63,529 bases of DNA from Octopus bimaculoides (Eukaryota): NCBI RefSeq assembly GCF_001194135.2, contig NC_068990.1, positions 10,050,281-10,113,809 of the forward strand. The letters run 5' to 3'. The number at the start of each line of letters is the position of its first letter. Within the stretch, counting starts at the first letter, position 1. The notes under the pieces are model-generated. The model was given only the letters and a program-made list of their open reading frames with translations, did not search any database and was not told the origin of the DNA. The translations under genes were made by a program, and so were the position numbers. Positions 23,790-38,399 of the stretch are shown piece after piece.

Positions 23790-24770
23790 TATTTTTTTTA
23801 GACGCCGCCAATGAGGGTATGTTTTTGCCGGCGTTGGTTTGGGAAATTGGGCGATTTTCGGCAAGCGTGTATATGGGTAGAAATGAGCTTTTAAACTTTT
23901 GTTATCTATTTGCTTGAATGTTTTTTTTTAAATCGTACCTCATGGGCCTATTATTATAGGCTTTGTGTATGTTTTTTGGGCTCCACATTCGAGTCACCGT
24001 TATTTCCAGATCTTTGTCTTTTGAGAGTTTCTCCGTTTTTTTTTTTTTGGAGATACATTGTCGTCCGTTGGTATTGATACATCGATTAGAAGACATTTTT
24101 ATTCTTAGCGATCTCTGACAAGTATATCTGGTCTATTAGCTTTGAATTTCTATCTGTGTATTGACATATCCCAGAATATGTTTGCTTTTTAAATTTCTGA
24201 GAACTTTTCTGGGGTGGGCCTATACAATTTTTTTTCTCTTGAGATTCGCCAATTCCTTGTCTCGTATATTTTTTAGCACATGTTTTAACGACATATTGTC
24301 AGTGTTAATGTTGTAATCATTGTTGTGTCTGTGTATATATTCAGATTTGGCAAGGACTGGGTAGCCCAAAATGACGTGGTCAACTGTCTCATTAAGCTGG
24401 TTGTATATTGTGCATTTGGTGTTAGGACCTCTTTTAATAATTTGTAGTCAGGCATTGATCGCGTGCAGAGATAATCAGTTCTGTATTAACTTTTATTCCA
24501 GAGCTTTGATCCAGCTGTTGTTGGCTTTTACTTAGGCTCACTTCCTCTCGGCCAAGCTTTGCAGGGTATTAACCATGGAGTGAGTTTTCTCTCCTTATCT
24601 TCTTCAGTATCTTTTGTAATTCTGTTTTCATGTGTTTTTTTTTGTCTCTCACTATTTCTACTATTTCTACTATTTTGTCTGAGAGCAGTTTATCAGTGTA
24701 GTTTGTTTGTTTGTTTTCTCTTTTGTCGCCTCTTTGTGTATAGCGGAAAACGTTGTTTTTTTCTCGTGTG
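23790..24770 (-). mobile_element. R4/Dong-like (RLE-clade) non-LTR retrotransposon 3' fragment
   Basis: Translations SLHG, IISARDQCLT, NETVDHVILGYPVLAKSEYIHRHN (CCHC-knuckle remnant), NIFWDMSI, ANRPDILVRD and IDVSIPTDDNVS...EKLSKDKDLEI.VTRMW (restriction-like endonuclease). Confidence 0.85.
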
Positions 24771-24771
24771 G

Positions 24772-24774
24772 TTA

Positions 24775-24829
<55 letters not shown>

Positions 24830-25096
24830 CGTTATCATTATCATTATTATTATTATTGTGTTGTTATTATTATTATCACTATTATCTAGGGTATTCGTTC
24901 GTGACATGGGCAAAGGTTTCCTCCAATCTATTGCAGATGCGGCACAGCTGACACACTTGCTCATTCCTAAGGTTGATCCTCCAGTTCGTGGCCTGTGCTT
25001 GATTTTGTGCAGCTATTATAGTGCTCTCAGTTTCTTTTTTAGGGTTCCTTTCATCAGTCAATCCCGCCTATTTTCCAGCAACTTCTGTTGTTGTTA

Positions 25097-25133
<37 letters not shown>

Positions 25134-25419
25134 NNNNNNNNNNNNNNNNNNNNNNNNNNNNNNNNNNNNNNNNNNNNNNNNNNNNNNNNNNNNNNNNNNN
25201 NNNNNNNNNNNNNNNNNNNNNNNNNNNNNNNNNNNNNNNNNNNNNNNNNNNNNNNNNNNNNNNNNNNNNNNNNNNNNNNNNNNNNNNNNNNNNNNNNNNN
25301 NNNNNNNNNNNNNNNNNNNNNNNNNNNNNNNNNNNNNNNNNNNNNNNNNNNNNNNNNNNNNNNNNNNTATGTTATATATATTTGTAAGTCCTGGTGTTTT
25401 TGTTACGCATTTGTCGGAA

Positions 25420-25516
<97 letters not shown>
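24772..25516. repeat. (ATT)n microsatellite blocks (24772-24885, 25097-25133, 25422-25516)
   Basis: Directly visible. Confidence 0.95.
24885..25075 (-). mobile_element. Second, distinct R4/Dong-like fragment (zinc-knuckle region)
   Basis: Translates LMKGTLKKETESTIIAAQNQAQATNW...LCRICNRLEETFAHVTNEYP; flanked by (ATT)n on both sides. Confidence 0.8.
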
Positions 25517-25517
<1 letters not shown>

Positions 25518-26839
25518 TCAGTAGGCATATAATCATTATTATTGAGTGAGAGAGCATTGCGACCTAGTGATTTGATATTTTTAACTCACTACTGGAAGAA
25601 GATGAATATATACATGAATATAAGTGGGATGCCACAACGCGGTGTAGCGCGTAGATTCTCACTCCTGAATGACAACAATACATATTACGTGTATCGCAGT
25701 TCCTTTTAATTATAGAATGTTTTCCATGTAAATTGTTTTGCTATCTCATTTATTCCGTCCAATTTATTCCTTCCATGTAATTAAATTATATCTTGTTGTC
25801 ATAGTGATTTTATTTTTTACTACGCCTTACATTTTCAGTGTAAATATGTTCGTGAGATTTAAAAATGTGTTATTTACATATGAGACATACATTTTTACAC
25901 GTTCTTCCTCGTTTTGAATAACAATCACCCCCTACCTTCGACACGTCGTCCCATACTATCTATTTAACGCTCATTATATGGCATTGTAATTTTCGAAATA
26001 TTGTAGCTATGAAATAATAATTGATATCTCTCTGTTGATGTTATAACTGCTCATAATCGTCTTGTATAGGCTTATTCATCATAGCTCCGAGACGAATTCA
26101 AATTGTAACTCACTGACTAAGGGCAAAATATATTCTTAGTGTAGTTTTAAAATAATGCTTCAAAGTATTATAACTGTCATCGGAGTTGCGTGGAACGTTG
26201 ATGCCACTTTGAATACTTTATTCATTTTTACAAGAACCACATATTCACCAGCGCGCATTTTTTTCATATTTGTTTATTACACGTTTTTGTACACCTATTA
26301 CACTACTTAATTTTTCTTTTTTTTTTGTCTGTGGTGAGACGACTCGAAACATTGACGATGTGAATTTTCCGAGTCCTCTCCACCAGTCCCTGTTCGTGAG
26401 TGGTCATGTTTTTTCATATTTGTTTAGAGCAAGTTGTTTTACACATATTCCACTCTTTCTTTCTTTTTTTGTTTTTGCTGGGGTCAAACCCTTTAGTTAG
26501 ACCAAATTTTTCACTTATCAGTATTCCTATTTTAATTGTCGTCCTTATATTTTGCTTTTAATGTCTACATAAACATTATGATTATTTTCAATCTTTAAGT
26601 TAATTTATTCCAGCTTTTCGCATCATTAGTCAACACCGTTTTATTTTCCTAAATTAATCTCAGTTAATGATCTTATTTCTTTAATATCTGGGAAATTAAT
26701 TACCTAAGAATACACATTTCACACACTGAAAATCCATAGCATACTATTTTATATATGATAGCATAGCAATATATAGCTTTATTCAGCGCTCAGAACTCAA
26801 AATATGTTATATGTTTTCTTCCATGATAAGAGGTTTAGT

Positions 26840-27052
26840 TGGCAACGCAGCGAATTGGTGTAGTCTTCACGATTCCGGCAAAATGTGTAGTACATTTCAT
26901 CCGTCTTTACATTCTTAGTTCAAATTCCAGCGATGCTGACCTTGCATTTCATCTTTTTGCGGTGACTGATGTAACTATCAGTTAAACACTGGGGTAGATG
27001 TAATTGACTAACCCCTCCGCTACTTTGAACGCCTTGTCCCTATAGAAGACAG
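26840..27052 (+). mobile_element. Diverged SINE family A copy
   Basis: ccgtctttacattcttagttcaaattcc...cactggggtagatgtaattgact matches 52160-52380. Confidence 0.8.
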
Positions 27053-28574
27053 ATAGTTTTAGTGATGAATATAAAGTGCACAATCAACAAGTATAAACTC
27101 TCCAAATGTGTCGATTGGGAGCCATTAGTGATGTTTTGATGGTTACATATGAAAAAATCCTCCATTACAATTATGCGGATAGACATTCTCCCCAACGTTC
27201 CAACCGTATTACAGTTTAATTACCTCCTGTACAACCTGCTGCGCGTATCGTAGTATTAGGAAGCACTACATTCGCTACATTAAAACTTCTTTACGTGCCA
27301 TATTCTCGAGTTCCTTACGTGCTATATATTCAATAAAGTAGATGTTATACTCATTCGAAATTATGGAGAACCTTATTGAAAATATATTGCATGTTTTCAA
27401 CCCCTTTCGGTCATGACGGCTAATGTTTATTCAACTATAAGTGTATGCTGTCCTTCATGGGTGGATAGTTCTCTCATTTGTAGGTGATGCCCGTCTGTAA
27501 AATATAATTATCAAAAGAAACACAAAAATATAACAGCCAAATCAAATTATTACCAAGTAGGTTAAACATTGTTAATTTACAATAAGTTATAAAAGAAAGA
27601 AAATTCGGAACTCTCCTTTCATTTACGAAATTAGGATAGTAAAGACTCAAAGACGATGCATCTGTATTGAATTTAGTTACTGATTTCCTTTTTTCTGTCC
27701 TTAAAATGCAACATGGTTCCCAGAATAATTTCAATTTCGTAAATTGTAAATATAATTATTTTGCTTTAATTTGATTAATTTTCAATGACAAAAAAAAGAA
27801 TGAAAATTAATTTTTTATTAATTTATCCTTAATTTACGCAGGACATTTATAACATACACACAATACTACAATATGGGGAATATGTGTACTTAAATTTCTG
27901 TTATTTTATTAATTTATATTCTAACATTAGAAGTGAAAATTTATGCAGATAGAGAAATAGGCAGAGAGTGAAATAGAAATCGTGACAAAGCGTTAATCAA
28001 TTAATCTTTACTTGAGGCAGTTTATATTGATTCATCATGTTCCATCCTGTCTATTTCTGGGAAACATTTCTACAAATGTTTCCCTAGGGATTATTCTGTA
28101 AATAGAAACACAGTATATTCATTTTGATAATATGTTTGTTGGGAGACTATTTAAATATGTGCTTTATATTTGCGATATATTTGCGAATGGTTTGTCCGCA
28201 GGTTACAAAAAAATTGAAAATCAGAAAATAACTTCTCAAACTTTCCAGAAATTTCAATATTATGAAACAACTGGTATGCATTCAGAATGAAAGCAGGCAT
28301 TCCCATAAAATTTCGATTTCCTACCAATGATTTAAGTGAAACAATTTTATCCGAAAATTATAAGGTTATAGATATATTTAATATGTAAACACTTCTCAAT
28401 GTACAAACAAATAAGTTTATTTCTTTTTAATTATAAGAGCATTGCAGAAGAAAATTGGCAACTAAATCGAAGAAACAAATTTTGTATTTCAATGTTGGTA
28501 GACCACATCTTAATACGTTAGTAAACAATCGATTATGTTTTTGTGACACTAGCTTAAGGCAACTTTATAGCTAC

Positions 28575-28607
<33 letters not shown>

Positions 28608-29104
28608 CATATCCGCAATGCTACTTTTTGGACAATTTTTCGACTTTGCACACAGTTGTATGTCTTCATGAAATGTCATAAAAATATAATGAGGTAAAAT
28701 TAATGGGTAACAAAAACGTTAATTAGAGATATGTTCAGAAACAGAGACAATAATCATGAACACCCACTACAAATGAAGCAAACTATGAACATTACATGGT
28801 TTGCCCGCACAGAAAGTGTGCCCCGCTAATGTGACAAGGGAGAAATAATGCACACACATGCTCCAATGAACATTATATTGGTGTCTAACAATATTCCCCT
28901 ATCATGTAATGTGACATCAGTGTATACTTGGGGGTTTTGGTTTCTGTCAATAAAGCTTTTTCATGGTTATTTTACCACTTTATTATTACCTTTTTAAATA
29001 GTAATGATGATGGATGAAGAGAAAACAATTATATTACACAGTAACTGTTATTTCTAAATGTTGCTCCAATGTTAACGAGATACTCATTTCTATAAACGAT
29101 CAAA

Positions 29105-29255
<151 letters not shown>

Positions 29256-30299
29256 CACTGGAATTTTGACAACTGTTGTTCTTATAGTACTGACGTATAT
29301 CCGAGAAAGAATGCAAGGACATTTTACCACTGATTAGGAAAGATGTCTAGTGTAGCTAGTTAAAAAAGAAATTCGTGTGATAGATCTCTTTTGAATTATC
29401 TTATTCAAACAACCAATAAAAATAAATACTCTAAATTGATGAAAGATACTCAAAAGTAAATTTAAGCAGACTCTTCTTTCGTATATAATGTATATCCTTT
29501 TTATCCTACAGGGTGGCCTCCAGCTAAATATATTATTGTACAACTCATTTGTGATGTTTGATTAAATGTACTTGGAGAATGCATTGAATTATACACCATA
29601 ACGAACTCAAAATAAGTTTTATACTCGGATTTTATTTTCCTAATTCATGAATGTTGTACGAATATTTAATACTTGTTCGTGCAAAACATGGAATATGGGA
29701 TTTCACTATACAAGTGTAAAGGAATATACATTTTCAAAGAACTTTCAATTCTTTTTACTTTCAATGATGACCGCAGCCTCCTCTCTTTGCTTGGCTTTCC
29801 CATCATACTTCCTAAAATTGGCATCTGGTAAGGTCACGTAGCCCTTGCTAGAAAATACGTTTAATTATATGTTGATAGAAATACAATGAGAAGTAAAAGA
29901 GGGAGAAGAGTAAAAATAAAAAAAAGATACTTTGTAATGAAATTTCAATGGATTGACCACATCAAATTGAAAAGAAACTTTTCTCTCTCTCTACCTCTCT
30001 CTCGCTCTCTATCTTTTTGTGTACCTATTTATCTATCTATCCTTTCTTTATCCTTTACTTTTCTTCTTCTTTCTTGATTGTCCTGAAACATCCCTCTACC
30101 TGTTTTCTCCTGCGTTGCTTTACTGTCTCTCTTACCCATTTTCCAAAGAAAACAATTTTTTCTCTTCTTCTAAACAAAGCAAAAAACATCCGATTCATAT
30201 AAATGAAAAGCTAAAGGTTCTAAGTTTATCATTTCAATTTTTTTCTTTACGAATTCAATAAACGAACGAAAGGGCTAATAAAGAATTATTCAAAATTTT

Positions 30300-32700
30300 G
30301 TCTACCTTCTCTATCTTAAGATACAATAACTGTACACCACTTCTTATGTGAACCGAAACTATTCAGCCCGATCTCCACTCTGGATACTCTACGTCGGGTA
30401 CTATTCCTAAATCTCTACTGTCCATCATCACTGTCACGAAGCAGAAAAGAATGATGCCTAGAGAAACGGAAATCACGTTAGACTCAATGGAACAATGTCA
30501 TATTCCATAATTAATCACCATCCGCCATTTTTCCCACTTCCTCCTGAGCTTCTTTCACAAGACATCTGAAATAAGCATTCAATACAGATTGCTTGGAAGT
30601 TACTGTGATGCATGAAAACGATTGGTTGAAATTATCTTGGCCCTTTAGTTTTCGTACGTGTACTATTAAGGTGAAATATTATTTGTATTTCCCCTGACGA
30701 TGTGCATCTAGTAGCTCCAAAATTGATCCCTCGAAATAACGCAATGTCTCAGAATAATACTGCGCCGATTCACACGGTTTATTCCCTATTCCGAATGACA
30801 CCGCCACAATCAACGAATCGAGATAAAATTGGGATTGCGTGATGCATTTTGGAGCAGTAGGTAAGGGACCACATACAGCCGTCAACGTCACTGTATGAAA
30901 AAGCAGTTTTAATCGGAGAATGGGTCATACTATCTCTTGCAACGTTTTAGAAGCTGTATGAAATGATTCTTTCACGTCTAGATTTAACCAACACGTATTT
31001 AATTAATCAATATACTATTTAACGGGATGTCACGTTTATTTTGTCTAACCACTGTATACATAAATACATGCATCTATACATATACAGAAGTAGACACACA
31101 CACTCACCTGTATGTGTGTGTGTGTGTGTGTGTGTGCTTATGCATGTATGATTACTGATTTCGGCCATAGCATCTAATTCTGTACTGTTTCTAGATTTCA
31201 TCTTTGATCCACTAATTGTATCAATATGTTAACAAGTACTATAAGAAATGCTTTCACCTACAAGCTAAATCACTTTCATTCCTATTGCAGGACATATGAT
31301 AGTACGCGTCTATAATTGATCAAGTTTCCGCCGTGTTTTCCTTTGATTTACATTTACTTTATTGATAAGGTTTCAGCGGTTGGTCAAAAACAGTTTTATT
31401 TTATAGGGCACGAAAACAGTTTCTCCTTTTGGGCGGATTTGTTTATGTTATGGATTACTTTCTGCCTTCTCTGATGACATGATTTTATGAGGATAATGGA
31501 AATTTCTTACGGTTGAGTGCTGTTTCAAGTCTTGCAAGCGTTCCTTTTAGTTTCCTCGTAACCAAATATTGAGCTTGATCAAAGCTTCACAGAAATTGAT
31601 ATCAATTTGTGGGGTATAATTCTCTGATGTTTAAAAATTGATGCTTTATATGAGCTTTGACACTATAATTGTACTGTAATTACTTTTTTTATTTATTAGA
31701 GTATCCAGAAATAATAATTCATGTTTGCTTGTATTTTCTGTTTAAACTTAGGATTTTTCCATAACATATTTTTTAAACATTTTCTGGATAGAGTTTCGTT
31801 GATGATTCCGTGTGTCTTGCAAAGCTAATAATGATCATTTTCTGCTCAACTGTGCATGATTTCTGTTTCTCAGAACGCCATAGTTAGCATGTCGTTTCAG
31901 CGTGGCTACTTAACGAAACCTGATAAAACTTTTCTAATTCAAATAGAATTAGTTTTTATTAGATTAGGTCTGGTGGTATCCATAATAAAGTCGAGTGAAA
32001 ACTGATCTAGTGTGCAATGTTTTGCCTTTGTATTTTTGCATGAATTCAGATGCACTAACTTAGCTGTAGCGGAGTAGGAGATCTTTAATTATTTCTTATG
32101 AAAATTTGTATTTTGTATTCAATGTTACTGTTGAAATTGTGAGGTTACATGGGAGAAGGTCACTTTTTGTAACACGATGAAAGACTCTAGAAAGAACTTC
32201 GTGGAATATATGCTGTTCATAGACGTTTGGCCATCACGAACCTGCATTTCCTTACTTTATAACTTTTCACAATTCTGAGAATACTTTTCCAGTTGACAGA
32301 TAATTTTAATATTTTGTATTTCAGAAATATGAGCCCATGTTCTGGCGTTGAAAAAGAAGGGTGGAAAGCTTTTGCGAAACCAATGTTCCACCACTGAGTT
32401 GCAGCGTCAATGTATAAATTAATTTCTTGCTTTGTCATCTGGACCACTTCCTTGAGAATCATGGCGTAATGGGTGACCGATCAGGAGAATGATTCTACTA
32501 AGTCATCAAGACCATGGAGACTAGTTATAGAGGAAAATGGAAAGCAAACATGATGGCTGAACATTACTAGTGTCTCTAAAGATCCAACCAATTCACGCGA
32601 AGCTGTAAAGAGAAACTGCATTCCATTAGTAGTTGAAACTCCAGTTTCCAAGAAATATTTATCCTCAGATGTGCACTTAAACATTTTGCGTAACATGTTT
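30300..32700 (-). pseudogene. Long decayed multi-repeat cadherin/protocadherin-like coding stretch
   Basis: Ordered motifs across shifting frames: KYFLETGVSTT, FSTPEHGLIFL, SFDQAQYLVT..GTLARL, YKIKLFLTN, SDVDG..SLTY..GGVIRNRE, LVKEAQEEVGKMADGD, VINYGI, MDSRDLGIVP, IVSVHIRS. Many stops and frameshifts. Confidence 0.45.
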
Positions 32701-33023
32701 ATTAAATAAATATATTGATCCGTGTTAGTTTCTTATTTAAGTATTGCAATTAATGACAGTATGGACAGTTTTGGGTAAAAAAAAAATTAATTCTAGGTTA
32801 ACCAAAAAAAAAAAAGCATACTTTCTGAACACATTTCTGAACTCAGCACCATCAAATTAGGTACGACAATTTGCAAAAAGCAAACGAACTAAAAACGTTT
32901 TCAAAAATATACCTCAATGTAAATTACAAGAAATCTCTTTGTGAATGTTGTGTAATTTATATTTCACTAATCCTTCTCAAGTGCATACACAACTACATAC
33001 ACAAAACTAACCATCTCTCTCTC

Positions 33024-33072
<49 letters not shown>

Positions 33073-34199
33073 GTCTGTCTGTCTGTCTGTCTCTCTGTTT
33101 GTCTGTGTGTCTGTCTGTCTATCTACCTGCAGACATATATTTGATAGACACAAAGAGTTATGATAGTTCATAGACGTAAAAATTACGATCAAATATAAAT
33201 GCAAACAAATATAATACTTAAGCATATTGTGAATTGTTTAAACAGTCCATGACTGGACTTCCAATATCTTAGCAAACCACATCCTATAAATACTTTGCAA
33301 TATAACTATTTCTGCACACTCGAAAAGATGTTGATGTATGAAATGATATGAAGTGGGTAAAATTGATTTAAGAATTTTTTTGCTTTTATTTCAATACCAA
33401 TTAGAGATGTCAATGCCTTGTTCAACTTTCCAAAGACTTTATAATTAGATTATATAAAAAATTTGTATTTCAAGAAAATTTCCGCCAAATCTAATTATGC
33501 AATCTTGTCTTTTTCGTCATGTCATCCAACCAAGCAATTCTTCTAACTAACTCCTGCTGTGTATTTTACTTTCTTTCATGAGTTTTGTTTTGTTATTCGT
33601 AACTTTTGTGTCTTCTTTCAAAGTATAAAGATGATTTCTGAAATAATTATATTTGTTTATTAGAAATGTTGTGAAATATCATTGTACATATGTTTAAAGA
33701 CAGACATTTATTTTAAAGACAAATTTAATTTTATAAGGCTGTTAAAGTATGCATATTTGAACGTACGAAGCGAAAACAAAAAGTACGTAACACCGGAAAT
33801 ATCAATGAAAATGCAATGGTGCTTCTAGTATTCTGTTAAAATTCTAAATGTCATTCCATTATTAATGAAATCATGAAAAACAGGTGTGTAGATCTTGACA
33901 AAAGTTTAGTGAAATGCATAATACATACATGCAAGAAAAATGAAAATTAATGAATATCAGAAACTTATGTAAGAAACATATTTGATGAATCAGTGATTTC
34001 TCTGTTTCAATATTTTTTAAAGGTCGAGGGAAAGGAAATAAAAACTTGATATAAATATATATTCTTACTTCTTATGTTATAATCTGAATTTTTAGTTGAC
34101 GTTTCTGCAACTGAATAAAATTCTAACAGATTAGAAACATATACACCTTGTATGTATTCACTTTTTGCTCTCGGTCACATCATAGATTGTTCAATTGTT

Positions 34200-34460
34200 G
34201 AGCGAATATGGTAATTTTATATCAAGCATTTTTATTGTACGATCATCTTTGAAGATTACCATTTTTAGGATGATTGCGATTGAAAGGAATGAAATATAAG
34301 ATAGTCAAATAAAAATTGGTCATGATCTCCCATTGCTTGTTCCTTCCATATACAAACTCCAATCTGGTGTGGCTTGCAGGGTACATAAAGGCACATCAAA
34401 TAATGCGTTCATTCTACTCAGTTCATCAATTAAGCAGTCCCAGAAAAATGTAACTAACCC
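34200..34460 (-). pseudogene. Decayed cadherin-like fragment (DCLIDELSRMN..PLCTLQAT..GTSNG; HPKNGNL)
   Basis: Motif resemblance by eye only. Confidence 0.3.
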
Positions 34461-34582
34461 GTTAAATCAACATTTATGTGGGTGTATGTCTGAGTTAATA
34501 ACCGATTTTTGTGTGAATATATGAATATATGCATAGTTCATACATACATACATACATACATGTATACATACACACACACACA

Positions 34583-34628
<46 letters not shown>

Positions 34629-35974
34629 TCATGTTGGGTCGAAGCGACCATTGTACAAAATAAAGTTTAATACCAGATGTATTTTACGGTTACCTAATCT
34701 ATTATCATTATGTCAGTAAACAGTGGGGCGTTCCCGAGATATACCTCACTTCAACACACTAATCGCCATATGCCCATTAGTCCGAAATAGNNNNNNNNNN
34801 NNNNNNNNNNNNNNNNNNNNNNNNNNNNNNNNNNNNNNNNNNNNNNNNNNNNNNNNNNNNNNNNNNNNNNNNNNNNNNNNNNNNNNNNNNNNNTGTGTGT
34901 GTGTGTATGTGTGTGTGTGTGTGTGTGTGCATATATACATATATATGTTTATATGTGTGTCTATGTATTTTATCCGTGTTAGTCGTAATTTCGTTCTATT
35001 AACTCAGTGGTTTGGCCAAAGACAGCGATATATTTAGTACCAGGATTTGAAACGTATGTACCGGGCTAGATTCGTTCCACTAAACACTGTCAAGTTGCTG
35101 TCCCAGAAGAGGGAGTATGAGATACAGGCACAGAGAAAGAGTTGCAGGGCGAGAGAGGAGAGACTGCGTGTTGTATTGATATGAATGACTCGCTGCACGC
35201 CAAACGAATCTTTTCAGGCATATATTTATTTTCCTTAGAAATCTAACAATTAAAATGATCAGATCACGAACGAAAGCGCCAGTAAAATAATTACAGTGAA
35301 ATTGAACTTATGAACACATGTTTTCATACTTATGATAACGTAAGTTTTCAACTTAGGAAAATGAAATGAGAAATCCATTTTTAATTTACTTTGTAATTTA
35401 CTATTTACTTTTGTTGAGATTCGGTGCAAGAAATCTCTACTTATACGTATGTTGTTTATATATTAGTCTCTATGTCAGGAATGATTCTGGTCTAATAATA
35501 AATGAAGTAAATGTGTATGATAAGTATTGACTACACATTCATAATGTTTTTAAGGTAATTGCTGAATTGTGTAAAGCGGAATTAGGCCTCCTGAATTTAA
35601 TGTGTAATTGTGTTATACTTCTATGGTTTTCGAATGCTAATCGAATTTTAATTACTGATACATTCCTAAAGCAATTCCTGAGTAACAATGCTATATCTAT
35701 TCGTGTTCCATTATTACGCTTACTTATGTATAAATTATTCGTCATTTAATCATGCATATGATAATTTACACAATTTGTTTACGTAATATTACCTCAACGA
35801 AGCAAACGAATTAGAGAAAATATACTCATCCAGCTCGATCTCGAAGACAGTCTATCTGGAATGAAATATATCCTTTAAATTCTCGTCAAAAGTTCCTCAT
35901 CATTTGTACTTAAGCTAAAGTAGTCAATATACATGAAACAACCCCACAATATATTCATTAAGAACGGCACGGAA

Positions 35975-36094
<120 letters not shown>

Positions 36095-37329
36095 AATATA
36101 TATTTCTTTTTTTCACATATATAGATATATTATAAAACAAATCATGCGCATAATATAAAATGAGGTAAATGTTTCTCAAAAACAATGATAACCTCTTTCA
36201 TAATATGCAGAATGATTCGGTAAAAGGGAATAGAACAGGATTGAAATGAACTACTTCAGGAAGAAAATATCGAGCGCAGACATGTAATTTATTAACATTT
36301 TCGGAAACGAAATTTAACGGAAAAAATAAAAATCCCAGTCATGTACAGTATGTCACTGGAAATGTAAAGCAGCGTAATTATTTCACGTACACAAATACCC
36401 ACATACCAAAAATCGTACGCTTGTGATGTGATTGCGATGTATCGTACCGATATTTAAAAATATACAAGTGCATGCTCTTATTTAACCAAACGTAAGTTGA
36501 TGCAAAATTAAATCATGTTTTCAAACTAAATATATGCTAATGACAAATATTTTACAGAAAGTTTACTCTCATTAGAGTAAATATTGTTTCCAAAATAATT
36601 TAACACCTCCATGTTATTGATCGCTGGAAATCGGAACATTATATTCTAGCTTATGAAAGTTTTAAAAAGAAAATAGAAATGCATTCAATTTTGTGTGAAC
36701 ACACAGAAATTGTCTGTAGGAATCACTTAGATAGGAAAAGTAAATACACTATATAAATATGAAGATATCCTGCCACTTTCTAACAATAAGTATATATTCG
36801 TGAATACATTAGAACATAAACACACGCATTTAATGACAACCATAACACAACGTATGCATGCACTGAATTTGAAGCAAACATGACATAATGACATATGCAT
36901 ACCTATTTGCATGCACAGTTACATGACCTAACACACACTCTCGTACACAAGACACATTCGTGCACAGCTTAATATGTCGGATATAATTATATTTCCTATT
37001 GTCATTATGTTTAAACTATCATTATATTTTATTATATTACGCATCTGAACACGCGTTCATTTCATGCTTATAGAGATATTCCCTGAGACGCTTCACGCAA
37101 AACTTATTTTTGCGCTATTCACAATATATCTCCATTACTCTTCTATTGTTGATTTCTGTAAATTGATTCCAAACAATATCTTAATAAAACTGCGTTTATT
37201 AGAGCAATTATTTGCAAGTAAAGTGATCGTAATGCAATTTTCAATACTTTCGTCTCTTTTCATGTGAATAATCGACATAGATCTGTGGCACTATATCTAG
37301 ACAAAATAGTTACTGTTTAGATGTTGGCT

Positions 37330-37620
37330 TGCTATCTAATAAGACTGTGCACCTGTTTCTGGTGCATATAGTTGATGATCGATCAGCTATGAACGTTGAT
37401 TTGAATCTGTATATTTTAAGACGTGTTACTATTGTATTTGCCGATGCACTTATTCCTTATATGATATGGAATGGCTGTTTTTAAATAGGAAGAACACTTC
37501 GATAGGGCTGATATATTTTGGAACGAGTAAGTCGCTGCTGTTGATTACAGTACTGATTGAGCCAGACGAAATCGCGATAGTGGCTAAACTGACGGTGCTA
37601 AACCACGGCCGTTACTTGCT
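37330..37620 (-). pseudogene. Decayed cadherin-like fragment (AISSGSISTVINSSDLLVPKY; SISYKE / SASANTIVTRL)
   Basis: Motif resemblance by eye only; both strands are open here. Confidence 0.25.
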
Positions 37621-38399
37621 CATTTCTGTTATCAAAAACAGGATAGAAGTGAACACTTGCCAACGTAGAAGAAAGTGAAAATAAATGTCATATGTCAGTC
37701 TCTAAATACTAAGCTTATTAACTATCTATGAGATAAAAGTGGGTTCATGTTTACACTTTTCTGTCGGTTTGGAACGAGAAAGTAAAACAAAAAATATGAA
37801 ATGAAGAAGAAATATTGTTGCCCATTCTATAATTAAAGAGACAGGGTTATCAAAGGTTACTGAATCTATGGACAAATTTTAGGTATTTTTTCTTCCAGCG
37901 TATATTCAGTGAACCTTTTCTAAGTCATCTGTAAATAGGAGATAATTTACAGTTTGTCCATAGCATCTGTAACCCACGGTAGTTTCATTTAACATGTTTG
38001 TTAATGGGATCAGAGCAAGGCAGAAATGTAGGGGGTGTCAATGATTTTCCCAAGGAAATCCCTCGTTTAATGGGTAGTGGTCAGGTTTTTCTGTCTTGTG
38101 CTTTAATTCTCACGGTCATGCTTGTCTTCCAGCTTGCAGTTTGCAATTGCACAGCTGATATATTTTAGTAATTTATGATCTACTTTATATGTGTGGAGAG
38201 ACTCCAGTATCCATGAGTGCAGAACACTGTCGAACGTCTGGCAATCAATTCAAATCATGCTGAGAGTTGTTTCTCTCTTTCTACAGTCCTATACTGGTTC
38301 GAGGCACCAAAAGCTACTCTTTACATCCATATATCATTTTCTGGCATCCCTTTTGTTTTGGTAATCAATGTTATTTTTTTCTGGTGTGTTACAAGCGGC

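Noticed and set aside
37470-37590. PX-domain-like peptide HRQFSHYRDFVWLNQY on the minus strand
   Set aside because: Isolated, bounded by stops, without splice support, and the other frames are also open; likely chance.
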